A DNA stretch of 32,000 nt from Candidatus Pelagibacter sp. HTCC7211 (GCF_000155895.1 NZ_DS995298.1:540001-572000); one strand, 5' to 3'. Counted from the first letter of the stretch, positions 1 through 8,192 are shown. Numbers and translations are program-made. Notes: generated by a model not told the origin, from the letters alone.

Positions 1-1283
1 ATACTATCGAGGCTTTAGCTTGGGGAAGTAATTTAGATTGGGGATTTAACAAACATCCTCCAATGAGTGCATTTTTTCCAGAAGTTTTTTTTCAAATTTT
101 TGGTTCACAAGATTGGGCTTATTATTTACTTAGTCAAATTTTTGTAATTATTTCTTTTTATTATGTGTTTAAATTTTCTAAAGAATTTTTTAATAATGAT
201 ATACTGGGTTTAATTTCAGTCTTACTTATTGAAGCAATTTATTTTTATAATTTCACAACTCCCGAATTTAACGTTAATGTTTGCCAACTACCATTTTGGT
301 CATTAACAGTTTATTTTTCATGGAAAATTTATACTAGCAAAGAAATAAAATTTACTGACTGTTTTTTAGTTGGTTTATTTGCTGCATTTGGATTTTTATC
401 AAAATATTTATTTTTTTATCTTTTAGTTTCAATTGATCTTTTATTTATCTATTTAATATTTATTAAGAGAGAAAGAAAGTTTGATTTTAAATATTTAATA
501 ACTTTTGAAATATTTTTAATTATTTTAGTCCCTCATTTAATTTGGCTCAATAATAACGATTTTATAACTTTAACTTATGGACTTGCCAGAACTGGATTAG
601 AACAATCTAGTGTAATTGATCACATAAAATTCCCATTTATTTTTTTAATAAAACAAATTGGATTATTAATTCCATTCTTAATTTTAGTTTGGCTATTAAT
701 AAAAAAAATTAAATTCAAATTTAATTTTAAAGATAAAAAATTACTTTTTTTATTGGCAATTAACATTTTACCAATCTTACTCATGTTGATAACATCAGTA
801 GTTACAGGGTCTAAGATCAGAACAATGTGGATGACACCGTTTTATTTATTTTTTGGCACTTTATTTATTTATGTATTTAAATCAGAAATAAACATCAAAA
901 AACTTAAAAAATTTGCTTTTGGTTTTTTACTTTTATTTTTATTAAGCCCTTCACTTTATGCTTACGTGTCTCTTTCAAAAGATAACAAAAGAACTGACTA
1001 TTTTGGAAGACAAATTGCAGATCTTGTTGATAGAAGATGGTCTGAAAATTTCTCAAATGATATCATGTATGTAGTAGGTGATGAATGGCATGCCGGTAAT
1101 TTGTCTTATCATTTAAGTGATAGGCCTAAATGGTTCCTTAGTATTGATGGAAAAGTCGACAAATTAGACCCCTCTGGTGGATTAATTTATGTTGGTAATC
1201 CAGAAATATTAAAAAATTTATGTCCTGGGGAATTTGGTAAAATTGCCAAACAGGGCATTTGTATGATTGGATTAAGAAAATAA
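1..1283 (+). CDS. GT-C fold membrane glycosyltransferase, ArnT/PMT-like (GT39/GT83, PMT_2 type); 5' end cut by the window edge
   Basis: Frame 3 is open from nt 3 and reads TIEALAWGSNLDWGFNKHPPMSAFF. This matches the N-terminal periplasmic-loop motif (DEAYYW.W...L.WGY.DHPP) of bacterial GT39-type enzymes. The motif lies upstream of Met-63, which the ORF track uses as the start. The rest is many hydrophobic helices followed by a soluble C-terminal part. Confidence 0.7.
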   Translation, partial: TIEALAWGSNLDWGFNKHPPMSAFFPEVFFQIFGSQDWAYYLLSQIFVIISFYYVFKFSKEFFNNDILGLISVLLIEAIYFYNFTTPEFNVNVCQLPFWSLTVYFSWKIYTSKEIKFTDCFLVGLFAAFGFLSKYLFFYLLVSIDLLFIYLIFIKRERKFDFKYLITFEIFLIILVPHLIWLNNNDFITLTYGLARTGLEQSSVIDHIKFPFIFLIKQIGLLIPFLILVWLLIKKIKFKFNFKDKKLLFLLAINILPILLMLITSVVTGSKIRTMWMTPFYLFFGTLFIYVFKSEINIKKLKKFAFGFLLLFLLSPSLYAYVSLSKDNKRTDYFGRQIADLVDRRWSENFSNDIMYVVGDEWHAGNLSYHLSDRPKWFLSIDGKVDKLDPSGGLIYVGNPEILKNLCPGEFGKIAKQGICMIGLRK

Positions 1284-2153
1284 ATGAAAATTATATTATT
1301 AATTCCAATTTATAATGACAGGGAATCTTTAAAAAAATTAATCGAAAATATTAATTTTGAAATACAAGATTTAAATTCTGAAATATCAGTTGTTGTTATA
1401 AATGACGCTTCATCTCAACAAATAATAGATACTTATCAAAACTTAGAAAATATTAATTCTTTTGAAATCATCAATATGAAAGAAAATAGGGGTCATGCAA
1501 GATGTATCGCCTCAGGATTAAAATATATTTTTGAGAAAAAAGAATTTGATTATGTAATTCCAATGGATGGCGATGGAGAAGATAGACCTGAAGAGATTAA
1601 AAACTTCATTGAACTTTCGGAACAAGTAGGAGAACAGTCAATTGTTGGAGAGAGAGTGAAGCGGTCAGAGGGATTATTGTTTCAAATATGTTATAAATTT
1701 CACAAATTTTTAACTTTAGCATTTACAGGTCAGTCAATTAAATTTGGAAACTTTACTTGTCTTTCAAAATCAACAATTGAAAAAATGCTAAAGGAAAAGG
1801 CTACTTGGAGTAGTTTTTCAGGGTCATTAAGAAAAATAGAAAAAGATTTAGTATCTTTACCCTCTATTAGGGGCGTCAGATATTTTGGACCCTCAAAAAT
1901 GAGTTTTTTTAATTTATTAAAACACTCTCTTTCAATTATTAGTGTATTTCGTAAAACAGTTTTAATTCGTTCCGCTTTATTTATAGTTTTTTATATTCTT
2001 CTAATGCAAACTAATGCTTCAATTATTACCTCATTTCCTTTGGTTTTGTTACTCGTAATGATTTATTCAATTTCTAGTTTAGCTCTGAGAGAAAATATTG
2101 AAGAATTTAACAATTGTTTAACAAACATCCACGATATTGATAAAATAAAATAA
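1284..2153 (+). CDS. GT2 polyprenyl-phosphate sugar synthase-like glycosyltransferase (ArnC/GtrB/Dpm1-like)
   Basis: N-terminus LLIPIYNDRESL...VVVINDASS and DxD-like MDGDGEDRPEEI are typical of GT2 (GT-A fold). Two C-terminal hydrophobic helices resemble GtrB/ArnC. The ATG directly follows the upstream TAA with 0 nt spacer. Confidence 0.75.
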   Translation: MKIILLIPIYNDRESLKKLIENINFEIQDLNSEISVVVINDASSQQIIDTYQNLENINSFEIINMKENRGHARCIASGLKYIFEKKEFDYVIPMDGDGEDRPEEIKNFIELSEQVGEQSIVGERVKRSEGLLFQICYKFHKFLTLAFTGQSIKFGNFTCLSKSTIEKMLKEKATWSSFSGSLRKIEKDLVSLPSIRGVRYFGPSKMSFFNLLKHSLSIISVFRKTVLIRSALFIVFYILLMQTNASIITSFPLVLLLVMIYSISSLALRENIEEFNNCLTNIHDIDKIK

Positions 2154-2172
2154 TTTAAATTGTTTTGTTAAA

Positions 2173-3363
2173 ATGAAAAAAATTTTATTTTTTGTTTTTT
2201 TATCAATTTTTATTTCAAATAATTCTTATAGTGATTTTAAAAAAATAAAAAAAAAGGCAACAATCATTAAGCCAGAAATTATTTTTCCAATTCCAGAAAA
2301 TTTAGATGGATGCATTACTAGTATGTATGTAAATCAAACAAACAATCCTGTTTTACCACTAGCAAAAGTTGATGCTCCATCAGGATATGGCCTGGATAAT
2401 AGATTTATGTCTGCTCTAGATAGTTTTGAAAATTTTAAACGTCCATGTAGCGGAGGAAATATTGAAGCTTGTGAGAATGTAAAAAGAGTAATTTTAGATT
2501 GGGCAAAATCTGACGCTGCAAAAAGAACAGGACCCTCTAACCATGAAGGCAGACATTGGAATGATACTTTAACGGTCAATCTTTGGATAGCATCACCAAT
2601 GATGGCAGGATATTCATTTGTTAAGCAAGTAATCAATGTCCCCGAAGATGAGGATAAGATAATTAAAGATTGGTTTCAAAAGATAGTAAAGAAAAATAAA
2701 CATCTTATGTATGACATGAAATACAAAGATGGAACTCAAGCAATTGGTGTTCCAAAGAGAGCACATAATCATGCATTATCATCTGCGATAAGCCATATGC
2801 AGCTTGGTATTTTGTTAAGTGATGATAAGCTTTTTAGAAAAGCCTTTTTAAACTATGAAGCGGCAATTAGATATCAAAGAAAAGATGGTAGCTTACCTAT
2901 TGAAACAAGACGTGGTGGAAGAGCTATGTTTTACCAAGGACGGGCTATGAACGCATTATCCGTAATAGCAATTATCGCTGAAAACCAAGGCTATAACATT
3001 TGGGAATATGATTATAAGGGAAAAAATTTTCACAATCTTGTTAAGTTTTTTATAGATTTTACAGAGACTAATGAAATTGTATTTAAATACGCAAAAGAGA
3101 TGAAATCGCCAGGACCTGCAAAGAACTATAAGGTTCAAGATCTTGATATTAGATCAAGTAGTAATTGGGGATGGCTCTATGCTTATGTAACTCGATTTCC
3201 AGATCATGAGAATGTTCAAAGATTAAAACAATGGTCTACTAACCAAGGTAATCTTAATAATTATCAAAGAAAAATAGTTTTTAACTTTGAAAATATTTCA
3301 AAACGAAATTTTGGCACTTCATCATGGACAGTTGTAGAACCAAACTGTCATTTTACTAAATAG
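2173..3363 (+). CDS. Exported alginate-lyase-fold protein (PL5/AlgL-like)
   Basis: Signal peptide MKKILFFVFLSIFISNNSYS. The segment HNHALSSAISHMQLG...DGSLPIETRRGGRAMFYQGRAMNALSVIAIIAENQG aligns by eye with AlgL NNHSYWAAWSV...[36 protein letters not shown]. The His, Arg and Tyr positions are retained. Confidence 0.55.
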   Translation: MKKILFFVFLSIFISNNSYSDFKKIKKKATIIKPEIIFPIPENLDGCITSMYVNQTNNPVLPLAKVDAPSGYGLDNRFMSALDSFENFKRPCSGGNIEACENVKRVILDWAKSDAAKRTGPSNHEGRHWNDTLTVNLWIASPMMAGYSFVKQVINVPEDEDKIIKDWFQKIVKKNKHLMYDMKYKDGTQAIGVPKRAHNHALSSAISHMQLGILLSDDKLFRKAFLNYEAAIRYQRKDGSLPIETRRGGRAMFYQGRAMNALSVIAIIAENQGYNIWEYDYKGKNFHNLVKFFIDFTETNEIVFKYAKEMKSPGPAKNYKVQDLDIRSSSNWGWLYAYVTRFPDHENVQRLKQWSTNQGNLNNYQRKIVFNFENISKRNFGTSSWTVVEPNCHFTK

Positions 3364-4636
3364 CTCTAATTGTTGGCAAACAATAAAAATCAGCTGTATC
3401 TATCTTAGAAGAATACTGTCTTCTCATATTCCATTTTTTATGAACACCTGCACTTGCAAGACTTAATGTAGATCTTCCATATCTATAGTTGGTATTGTCA
3501 ATTGATTGCATTAAACTTTTTATTTTTTCATCTTTTTCAGATGAAAATAGATTTTTTCTACCATCGTCATTACGTAGTCCTGTCAGCATTACACCTGCTT
3601 TTTGATAACGATAACCATTTTTGAATATACTTTGTAGTATTGCAACCGCAGTCTTAACAGTTTCAATACTATTGTTTGTTGCAATAGGAAAATCAATTGT
3701 TTTAGCATTTGAATAATAACCATAGTCTCTTTGAAAAGGACTCGTTCGAACGAAAACTGTAATTGCTTTTGCAACTAAAGATTCTGATCTAATTTTTTCA
3801 GACGCATTCAAGCAATAGTTGGCAACTGCTTCTTTTAGTTCTTGAAATTTTTCAATTCTTTTACCAAATGACCTTGAAACTACACAGCTCTTTCTTTTAG
3901 TTTGAGTAGTTTCTAAATTTATACAAGGTATTCCTCTAAGTTCCATTGCGGTTCTAGAGCTTAAAACATTAGAGCATTTTTTGATCCAGGTATTCGATTT
4001 ATTCTTAAGTTGCTTAGCGTTATAGATACCATTTTTTTGATAGAATTTTGTTAGCTGTCTACCAACACCCCATACATCATTAATTTCTACTTTTTCAAGA
4101 ACAGGATCTAAATTATCAATCCCAATTAAACTAGTAACTCCTGATTGCTTTTTCTTTGCTATATGGTTTGCAATTTTACTTAGAGTTTTTGTTTTAGCAA
4201 TTCCGATACTAGTTGGAATACCCGTCCATTGTAAAACTGTTTCTCTAATTTCTTTTCCAACTTTTTCTACATCTTGATCTAGAAAATTTGATAAATCTAA
4301 AAATGCTTCATCAATAGAATAAATTTCTATATCGGAATTAAATCTTTTAAGAGTTCGCATTACTCTTCTAGATAGATCACCATATAAAGAATAATTAGAT
4401 GAAAAAACTTCTACTTTATTTTTAATAATAATATCTTTTGCTTTAAAGTAAGGTTCACCCATTTTAATTCCTAATGCTTTTGCCTCATTAGATCTTGAGA
4501 TAATACAACCATCATTATTAGATAAAACAACAACAGGTTTTCTTCTTATTTTAGGATTGAATAATCTTTCGCAAGAAACATAAAAAGAATTACAATCAAC
4601 TAATGCTATTTTTTTAGTACGTGGAATGGATGACAT
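3356..4636 (-). CDS. umuC: DNA polymerase V catalytic subunit UmuC (Y-family polymerase)
   Basis: IALVDCNSFYVSCERLFNPKIRRKPVVVLSNNDGCIISRSNEAKALGIKMG matches the UmuC N-terminus (FALCDVNAFYASCE...). Length is 426 aa. The start overlaps the umuD 3' end by 23 nt. Confidence 0.9.
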   Translation of the reverse strand: MSSIPRTKKIALVDCNSFYVSCERLFNPKIRRKPVVVLSNNDGCIISRSNEAKALGIKMGEPYFKAKDIIIKNKVEVFSSNYSLYGDLSRRVMRTLKRFNSDIEIYSIDEAFLDLSNFLDQDVEKVGKEIRETVLQWTGIPTSIGIAKTKTLSKIANHIAKKKQSGVTSLIGIDNLDPVLEKVEINDVWGVGRQLTKFYQKNGIYNAKQLKNKSNTWIKKCSNVLSSRTAMELRGIPCINLETTQTKRKSCVVSRSFGKRIEKFQELKEAVANYCLNASEKIRSESLVAKAITVFVRTSPFQRDYGYYSNAKTIDFPIATNNSIETVKTAVAILQSIFKNGYRYQKAGVMLTGLRNDDGRKNLFSSEKDEKIKSLMQSIDNTNYRYGRSTLSLASAGVHKKWNMRRQYSSKIDTADFYCLPTIRAI

Positions 4637-5009
4637 AAGTTACAACTCCCCAAATAAAAATATCTTGTTCTTCGTTAATTAAAATTCTGTCAGTAAATTC
4701 TTTAGATCCTGACGTTAAAAACTTTTTATCTCTTTCTTGAACCAAACTTTTAACCACAAGCTCATCATGAACATTTGCAATTACTGTTGAAAAGTTTTTT
4801 GGCTTTATACTTTTATCGACAACCAGTAAATCTCCATCATTAATTCCAACATCTACCATTGATTTACCTTGCACCCTGATGATGAAGGTAGCTGGAACAT
4901 TTCTTATTAAATGCATATTAAGATCAATATCTTCTTCGATATAATCAGTTGCGGGAGATGGAAAACCAGCGCCTGCTTTATGTAGATAATAAGGGATTGT
5001 TAGTTTCAT
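4614..5009 (-). CDS. umuD: UmuD, LexA-like S24 self-cleaving peptidase subunit of Pol V
   Basis: AGA|GFPSPATDYIEEDIDLN aligns with E. coli VQC|GFPSPAADYVEQRIDLN. The catalytic Ser (VQGKSM) and Lys (LVVKSL) motifs are present. Confidence 0.9.
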   Translation of the reverse strand: MKLTIPYYLHKAGAGFPSPATDYIEEDIDLNMHLIRNVPATFIIRVQGKSMVDVGINDGDLLVVDKSIKPKNFSTVIANVHDELVVKSLVQERDKKFLTSGSKEFTDRILINEEQDIFIWGVVTYVIHSTY

Positions 5010-5024
5010 GTTCTTGTTTTGTTC
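5010..5024 (-). promoter_or_regulatory. SOS (LexA) box of alphaproteobacterial type, GTTC-N7-GTTC (GAAC-N7-GAAC on the umuD strand)
   Basis: A perfect gttcTTGTTTTgttc sits immediately adjacent to the umuD start codon (cat at 5007-5009). Confidence 0.7.
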
Positions 5025-5027
5025 TTA

Positions 5028-5056
5028 TTTATAGACTAGTTATACAATGCACGCAA
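5028..5056 (-). promoter_or_regulatory. Predicted sigma70-type promoter of umuDC (TTGCGT-N17-TATAAA)
   Basis: On the minus strand, TTGCGT (5056-5051), a 17-nt spacer and TATAAA (5033-5028). Only 18 nt separate the -10 element from the ATG, and that stretch is the SOS box. Confidence 0.45.
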
Positions 5057-5080
5057 GAGGTTGTATTTTGAGTCTGTAAC

Positions 5081-5116
5081 TGAATCAAAAGTGAATCAAA
5101 AGGTGAACATTGGAAC
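5081..5116 (+). repeat. Tandem 11-bp repeat TGAATCAAAAG x2 followed by GTGAACATTGGAAC, forming an array of GAAT/GAAC half-sites
   Basis: 5081-5091 and 5092-5102 are identical. Half-sites start at 5082 (GAAT), 5093 (GAAT), 5105 (GAAC) and 5113 (GAAC), giving GAAT-N7-GAAT-N8-GAAC-N4-GAAC. Confidence 0.6.
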
Positions 5117-5190
5117 TACATTTTGTGTACTTGTGGATAACTTTAACCAGAGATAGTTTAAATTAAATATTAAATAGATAAAAAAAGTAA

Positions 5191-5559
5191 ATGAAAACAT
5201 TATCGTGTCATTGTGGTGCAGTAGAAATCCAAGTTAATCTTAAAAAAGAAATAGATAAATTAATGAGATGCAATTGTTCAATGTGTAAAAGGAAAGGAAC
5301 AATGGTTACAACAGTTAATAAAGAAGATTTAAAGATTGTCAAAGGAGAAGATAAAATAAAAATTTATCAGTTCAATACAAAAGTAGCTAAACATCATTTT
5401 TGTTCAGAGTGTGGAGTTCAAACACACAATTTAAGAAGAAGTGATCCAAATTCTTATGGTATCAATGTAGGTTGTATAGATGAAATAAAAACAAGTGAGC
5501 TATTTAAACTAAAGACCTTTATAAACGATGGTCAAAATCATATAAAAGACAGGAAATAA
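5191..5559 (+). CDS. GFA/CENP-V family zinc protein (glutathione-dependent formaldehyde-activating enzyme-like), copy 1
   Basis: Cysteine pattern CHCG...CNCSMCKRKG...FCSECG is characteristic of the GFA domain (PF04828). Confidence 0.75.
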   Translation: MKTLSCHCGAVEIQVNLKKEIDKLMRCNCSMCKRKGTMVTTVNKEDLKIVKGEDKIKIYQFNTKVAKHHFCSECGVQTHNLRRSDPNSYGINVGCIDEIKTSELFKLKTFINDGQNHIKDRK

Positions 5560-5560
5560 A

Positions 5561-5926
5561 ATGAAAAAATTAACATGTCATTGTGGAGAAGTTGAGGCAG
5601 AAATTAATTTGGATGGAGATTTAGCAAAGGTGATAAAATGTAATTGCTCTATTTGTAAAAGAAGGGGAGCAATAATGTCTATGGTTAAAAATGAAGATTT
5701 TAAAATAGTGAAAGGAGAAGATAAATTAAAACTTTATCAATTTCATACAAAGGTAGCCAAACATTATTTTTGTTCGATTTGTGGAATTTATACTCATCAC
5801 AATCCAAGAATTAATCCAGCAATGACAGGTTTTAATGTTGGATGCATTGATGAAATAAATACTTTTGCTTTAAAAGATGTTGCAGTAAACGATGGTCAAA
5901 ATCATCCATTAGACCAAAAAAATTAA
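5561..5926 (+). CDS. GFA/CENP-V family zinc protein, copy 2 (tandem paralog)
   Basis: Same Cys pattern (CHCG...CNCSICKRRG...FCSICG). Collinear with copy 1 and roughly half or more identical by eye. It starts 1 nt after the copy 1 stop. Confidence 0.75.
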   Translation: MKKLTCHCGEVEAEINLDGDLAKVIKCNCSICKRRGAIMSMVKNEDFKIVKGEDKLKLYQFHTKVAKHYFCSICGIYTHHNPRINPAMTGFNVGCIDEINTFALKDVAVNDGQNHPLDQKN

Positions 5927-5932
5927 CCACTA

Positions 5933-6862
5933 ATGAATAAGATAGATATCTGTTTTAATAAAGTAAAAAAAGATTGTTTTAAGTTTATTAAATTACAAGA
6001 AATTAAAACAGAAAAGTTTAGCAACAAAGATAAAATGCTAAAGTCTTTTTTAATTCCAATGTGTTTTTGGATTGCAAATAAAAATATTAATAAAAAACCC
6101 TACTTTGTTGGTTTGGCTGGAGGACAAGGTGCAGGTAAAACAACTATAAGCTCGATTGTTAAAATTATATTAGAAAAGTATTTTAAACTAAACGTATTTA
6201 AAATCTCTATTGACGATTTTTATAAAACTAGAAAAGAGAGATTAAACTTATCAAAAAAAATACATCCCATGCTGATGACAAGAGGTGTGCCAGGCACTCA
6301 TGATGTACAAATGATGCTTAATTTTTTTAAAAAAGTAAAAAGTAAAAATTTTAAAAAAATTGAATTACCAGATTTCAATAAAGCTATTGACGATAGGTCT
6401 CCTAAAAAATATTGGTATAAACTTAAGGAAAAACCTGATGTAGTAATATTTGAAGGTTGGTGTGTTGGCGCAAAAGCTGAATTAAATAAGACACTAAAAA
6501 AATCAATAAATTCACTTGAAAAAACTAACGACCCAAAGCTCCTATGGAGAAATTATGTAAATAAACAACTAAAAACTAAATATAAAAAATTGTATTCTCA
6601 ACTTAATTGTATGATTTATTTAAAAGCGCAAAACTTTAGTTTGCTTCAAAAATGGAGATTAAAACAAGAGCATAAGTTATGGTTGAAGAGTAAAAAATCT
6701 TCTAGCCACAAGATAATGAACAAGAGTGATGTATTTAAATTCATGCAAACGTATCAAAGAATTACAGAAAACATGTTCAAAAAAATGCCTAAATATGCTT
6801 CTATAGTTTTAAATTTAAATAATAACCATCAGATTAAATCTGCAGTATATAAAAAAAAATGA
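5933..6862 (+). CDS. P-loop kinase, D-glycerate 3-kinase (GLYK/TDA10)-like
   Basis: GLAGGQGAGKTT P-loop, SIDDFYKTRKER, MTRGVPGTHDV, LPDFNKAIDDR and VVIFEGWCVG follow the plant/cyanobacterial GLYK motif order. Confidence 0.55.
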   Translation: MNKIDICFNKVKKDCFKFIKLQEIKTEKFSNKDKMLKSFLIPMCFWIANKNINKKPYFVGLAGGQGAGKTTISSIVKIILEKYFKLNVFKISIDDFYKTRKERLNLSKKIHPMLMTRGVPGTHDVQMMLNFFKKVKSKNFKKIELPDFNKAIDDRSPKKYWYKLKEKPDVVIFEGWCVGAKAELNKTLKKSINSLEKTNDPKLLWRNYVNKQLKTKYKKLYSQLNCMIYLKAQNFSLLQKWRLKQEHKLWLKSKKSSSHKIMNKSDVFKFMQTYQRITENMFKKMPKYASIVLNLNNNHQIKSAVYKKK

Positions 6863-8151
6863 GAAAAATATTAATACTAATCAGTTTAACATTATTTTAT
6901 TTTGGTAATGCTTTAGCAGTAACTTTGTATGATGCTTTAAATCAAACTTATCAGAATAACATTCAGTTAAATGCAGAAAGAGAAAACATCAAAGCATCTG
7001 AAGAAGATATTAATATTTCAAAAGCAGATTACAAACCAACTTTAACTTTAAGTGGCTCAAAGAGTATAGAAAATACTAATAAACTTACAAATCAAAGTGG
7101 AGGAGATGCTTCAAGTAGTGATGCTGATCCATTGACAACATCTATTAAATTAGAACAAACAATTCTTGATTATGGAAGAGATTTATCATTTGAGAAAAAT
7201 TTAATTGGATTAGATTTAGCAAAAGCAAAGTTGATTAAAAAAGAACAGGATGTTTTGTATAGTGCAATTGACGTTTTTACAAATTTAATATTAGCTAGAG
7301 AAAAATTATCTATTAATAGAAAAAATTTAAATTTATTAAATAGGCAACTTGAAAATGATAAAATAAGATTAGATAGAGGTCAAATTACGATTGCTGATTT
7401 AGCCCAAACAGAATCTTCGCTTGCAGGTGCTCAAGCTCAATTTACTCAAGCAAAAAGTGATTTAACAATTAGTAAATTAAATTATGAAAATATTATTGGA
7501 AAAATTGATAATCCAAAATCTCTTAAAAAAAACTCAAACTCAATTGTTAGTATTCCAAAGAGTTTAGATGAAGCAATAAATCTTTCTAAACAAAATAATC
7601 CAGATATTAAAATAGCAAATTTTGATGTAGTTCAATCAGAAAAAGATTTAGCAATAGCAGAGACAGATTTAAAACCCACAGCATCATTATCATTAGAGAA
7701 ATCTTTCGCTGATGACTTAAGTTCAACCATTGATAGAAAAGATAAAGATATTTTAAAAGCTACAGTCAGTTGGCCATTTTACTCAGGGGGTAAAAAGAAA
7801 TCAAAAATTAATAAAAATACAAATTTAACAGTTAGAAAAAGATTATTATTAGATGATGTGATGAGAACAAATGATACTAATGTAGCTAGTGCTTGGTCAA
7901 GTTTAGCTTCATCAAAAAGTTTTCTAAATTCTGTAAAAGTACAAGTAAGAGCAGCAAAAATTGCAAATGAAGGAATTGCTGCAGAATACGAACGAGGTTC
8001 TAGAACGACACTTGATGTTATCCAATCAAATTCATTATTACTTTCAGCTCAAATATCTTTAGCGAATTCTGAAAGAAATTACCTTATGGCCCAATATAAT
8101 TTGTTAAAATCAGTTGGGTTATTAAATAGCCAATATCTAAAACTTAAGTAA
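6859..8151 (+). CDS. tolC: TolC-family outer membrane efflux channel
   Basis: Signal peptide ending ALA|VT. TLYDALNQTYQNNIQLNAERENIKASEEDINISKADYKPTL is a typical TolC N-terminus, and the protein has an internal two-fold repeat architecture. An ATGA overlap joins it to the upstream kinase. Confidence 0.85.
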   Translation: MRKILILISLTLFYFGNALAVTLYDALNQTYQNNIQLNAERENIKASEEDINISKADYKPTLTLSGSKSIENTNKLTNQSGGDASSSDADPLTTSIKLEQTILDYGRDLSFEKNLIGLDLAKAKLIKKEQDVLYSAIDVFTNLILAREKLSINRKNLNLLNRQLENDKIRLDRGQITIADLAQTESSLAGAQAQFTQAKSDLTISKLNYENIIGKIDNPKSLKKNSNSIVSIPKSLDEAINLSKQNNPDIKIANFDVVQSEKDLAIAETDLKPTASLSLEKSFADDLSSTIDRKDKDILKATVSWPFYSGGKKKSKINKNTNLTVRKRLLLDDVMRTNDTNVASAWSSLASSKSFLNSVKVQVRAAKIANEGIAAEYERGSRTTLDVIQSNSLLLSAQISLANSERNYLMAQYNLLKSVGLLNSQYLKLK

Positions 8152-8192
8152 TTATTTGATTTTTTTGATTAAAAATAAATATATTGCTAATG

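Noticed and set aside
2334-2636. 100-aa antisense ORF in the lyase-like gene. Other short overlapping ORFs in the track are 2956-3138, 3589-3774, 8428-8682, 11300-11530, 14448-14672, 17025-17264, 19833-20138, 22909-23184, 22927-23118, 25734-25931 and 26458-26640.
   Set aside because: All lie within, or out of frame with, strongly supported genes. They have no recognisable motifs, and their compositions are typical of shadow frames.
5042-5066. Weak hairpin ATACAA-N13-TTGTAT in the umuD upstream region, as a possible sRNA or terminator
   Set aside because: It is only 6 bp with a large loop and no U-run. It overlaps the predicted umuD promoter spacer and -35 element, which explains the conservation pressure better.
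6843-6862. A9 tract at the kinase/tolC overlap as a programmed frameshift site that would fuse the two ORFs
   Set aside because: Poly-A runs of 8-10 nt are common throughout this AT-rich window, for example in guaB, guaA and panB. Fusing a cytoplasmic kinase to a signal-peptide OM protein makes no biological sense. An ATGA overlap is ordinary translational coupling.
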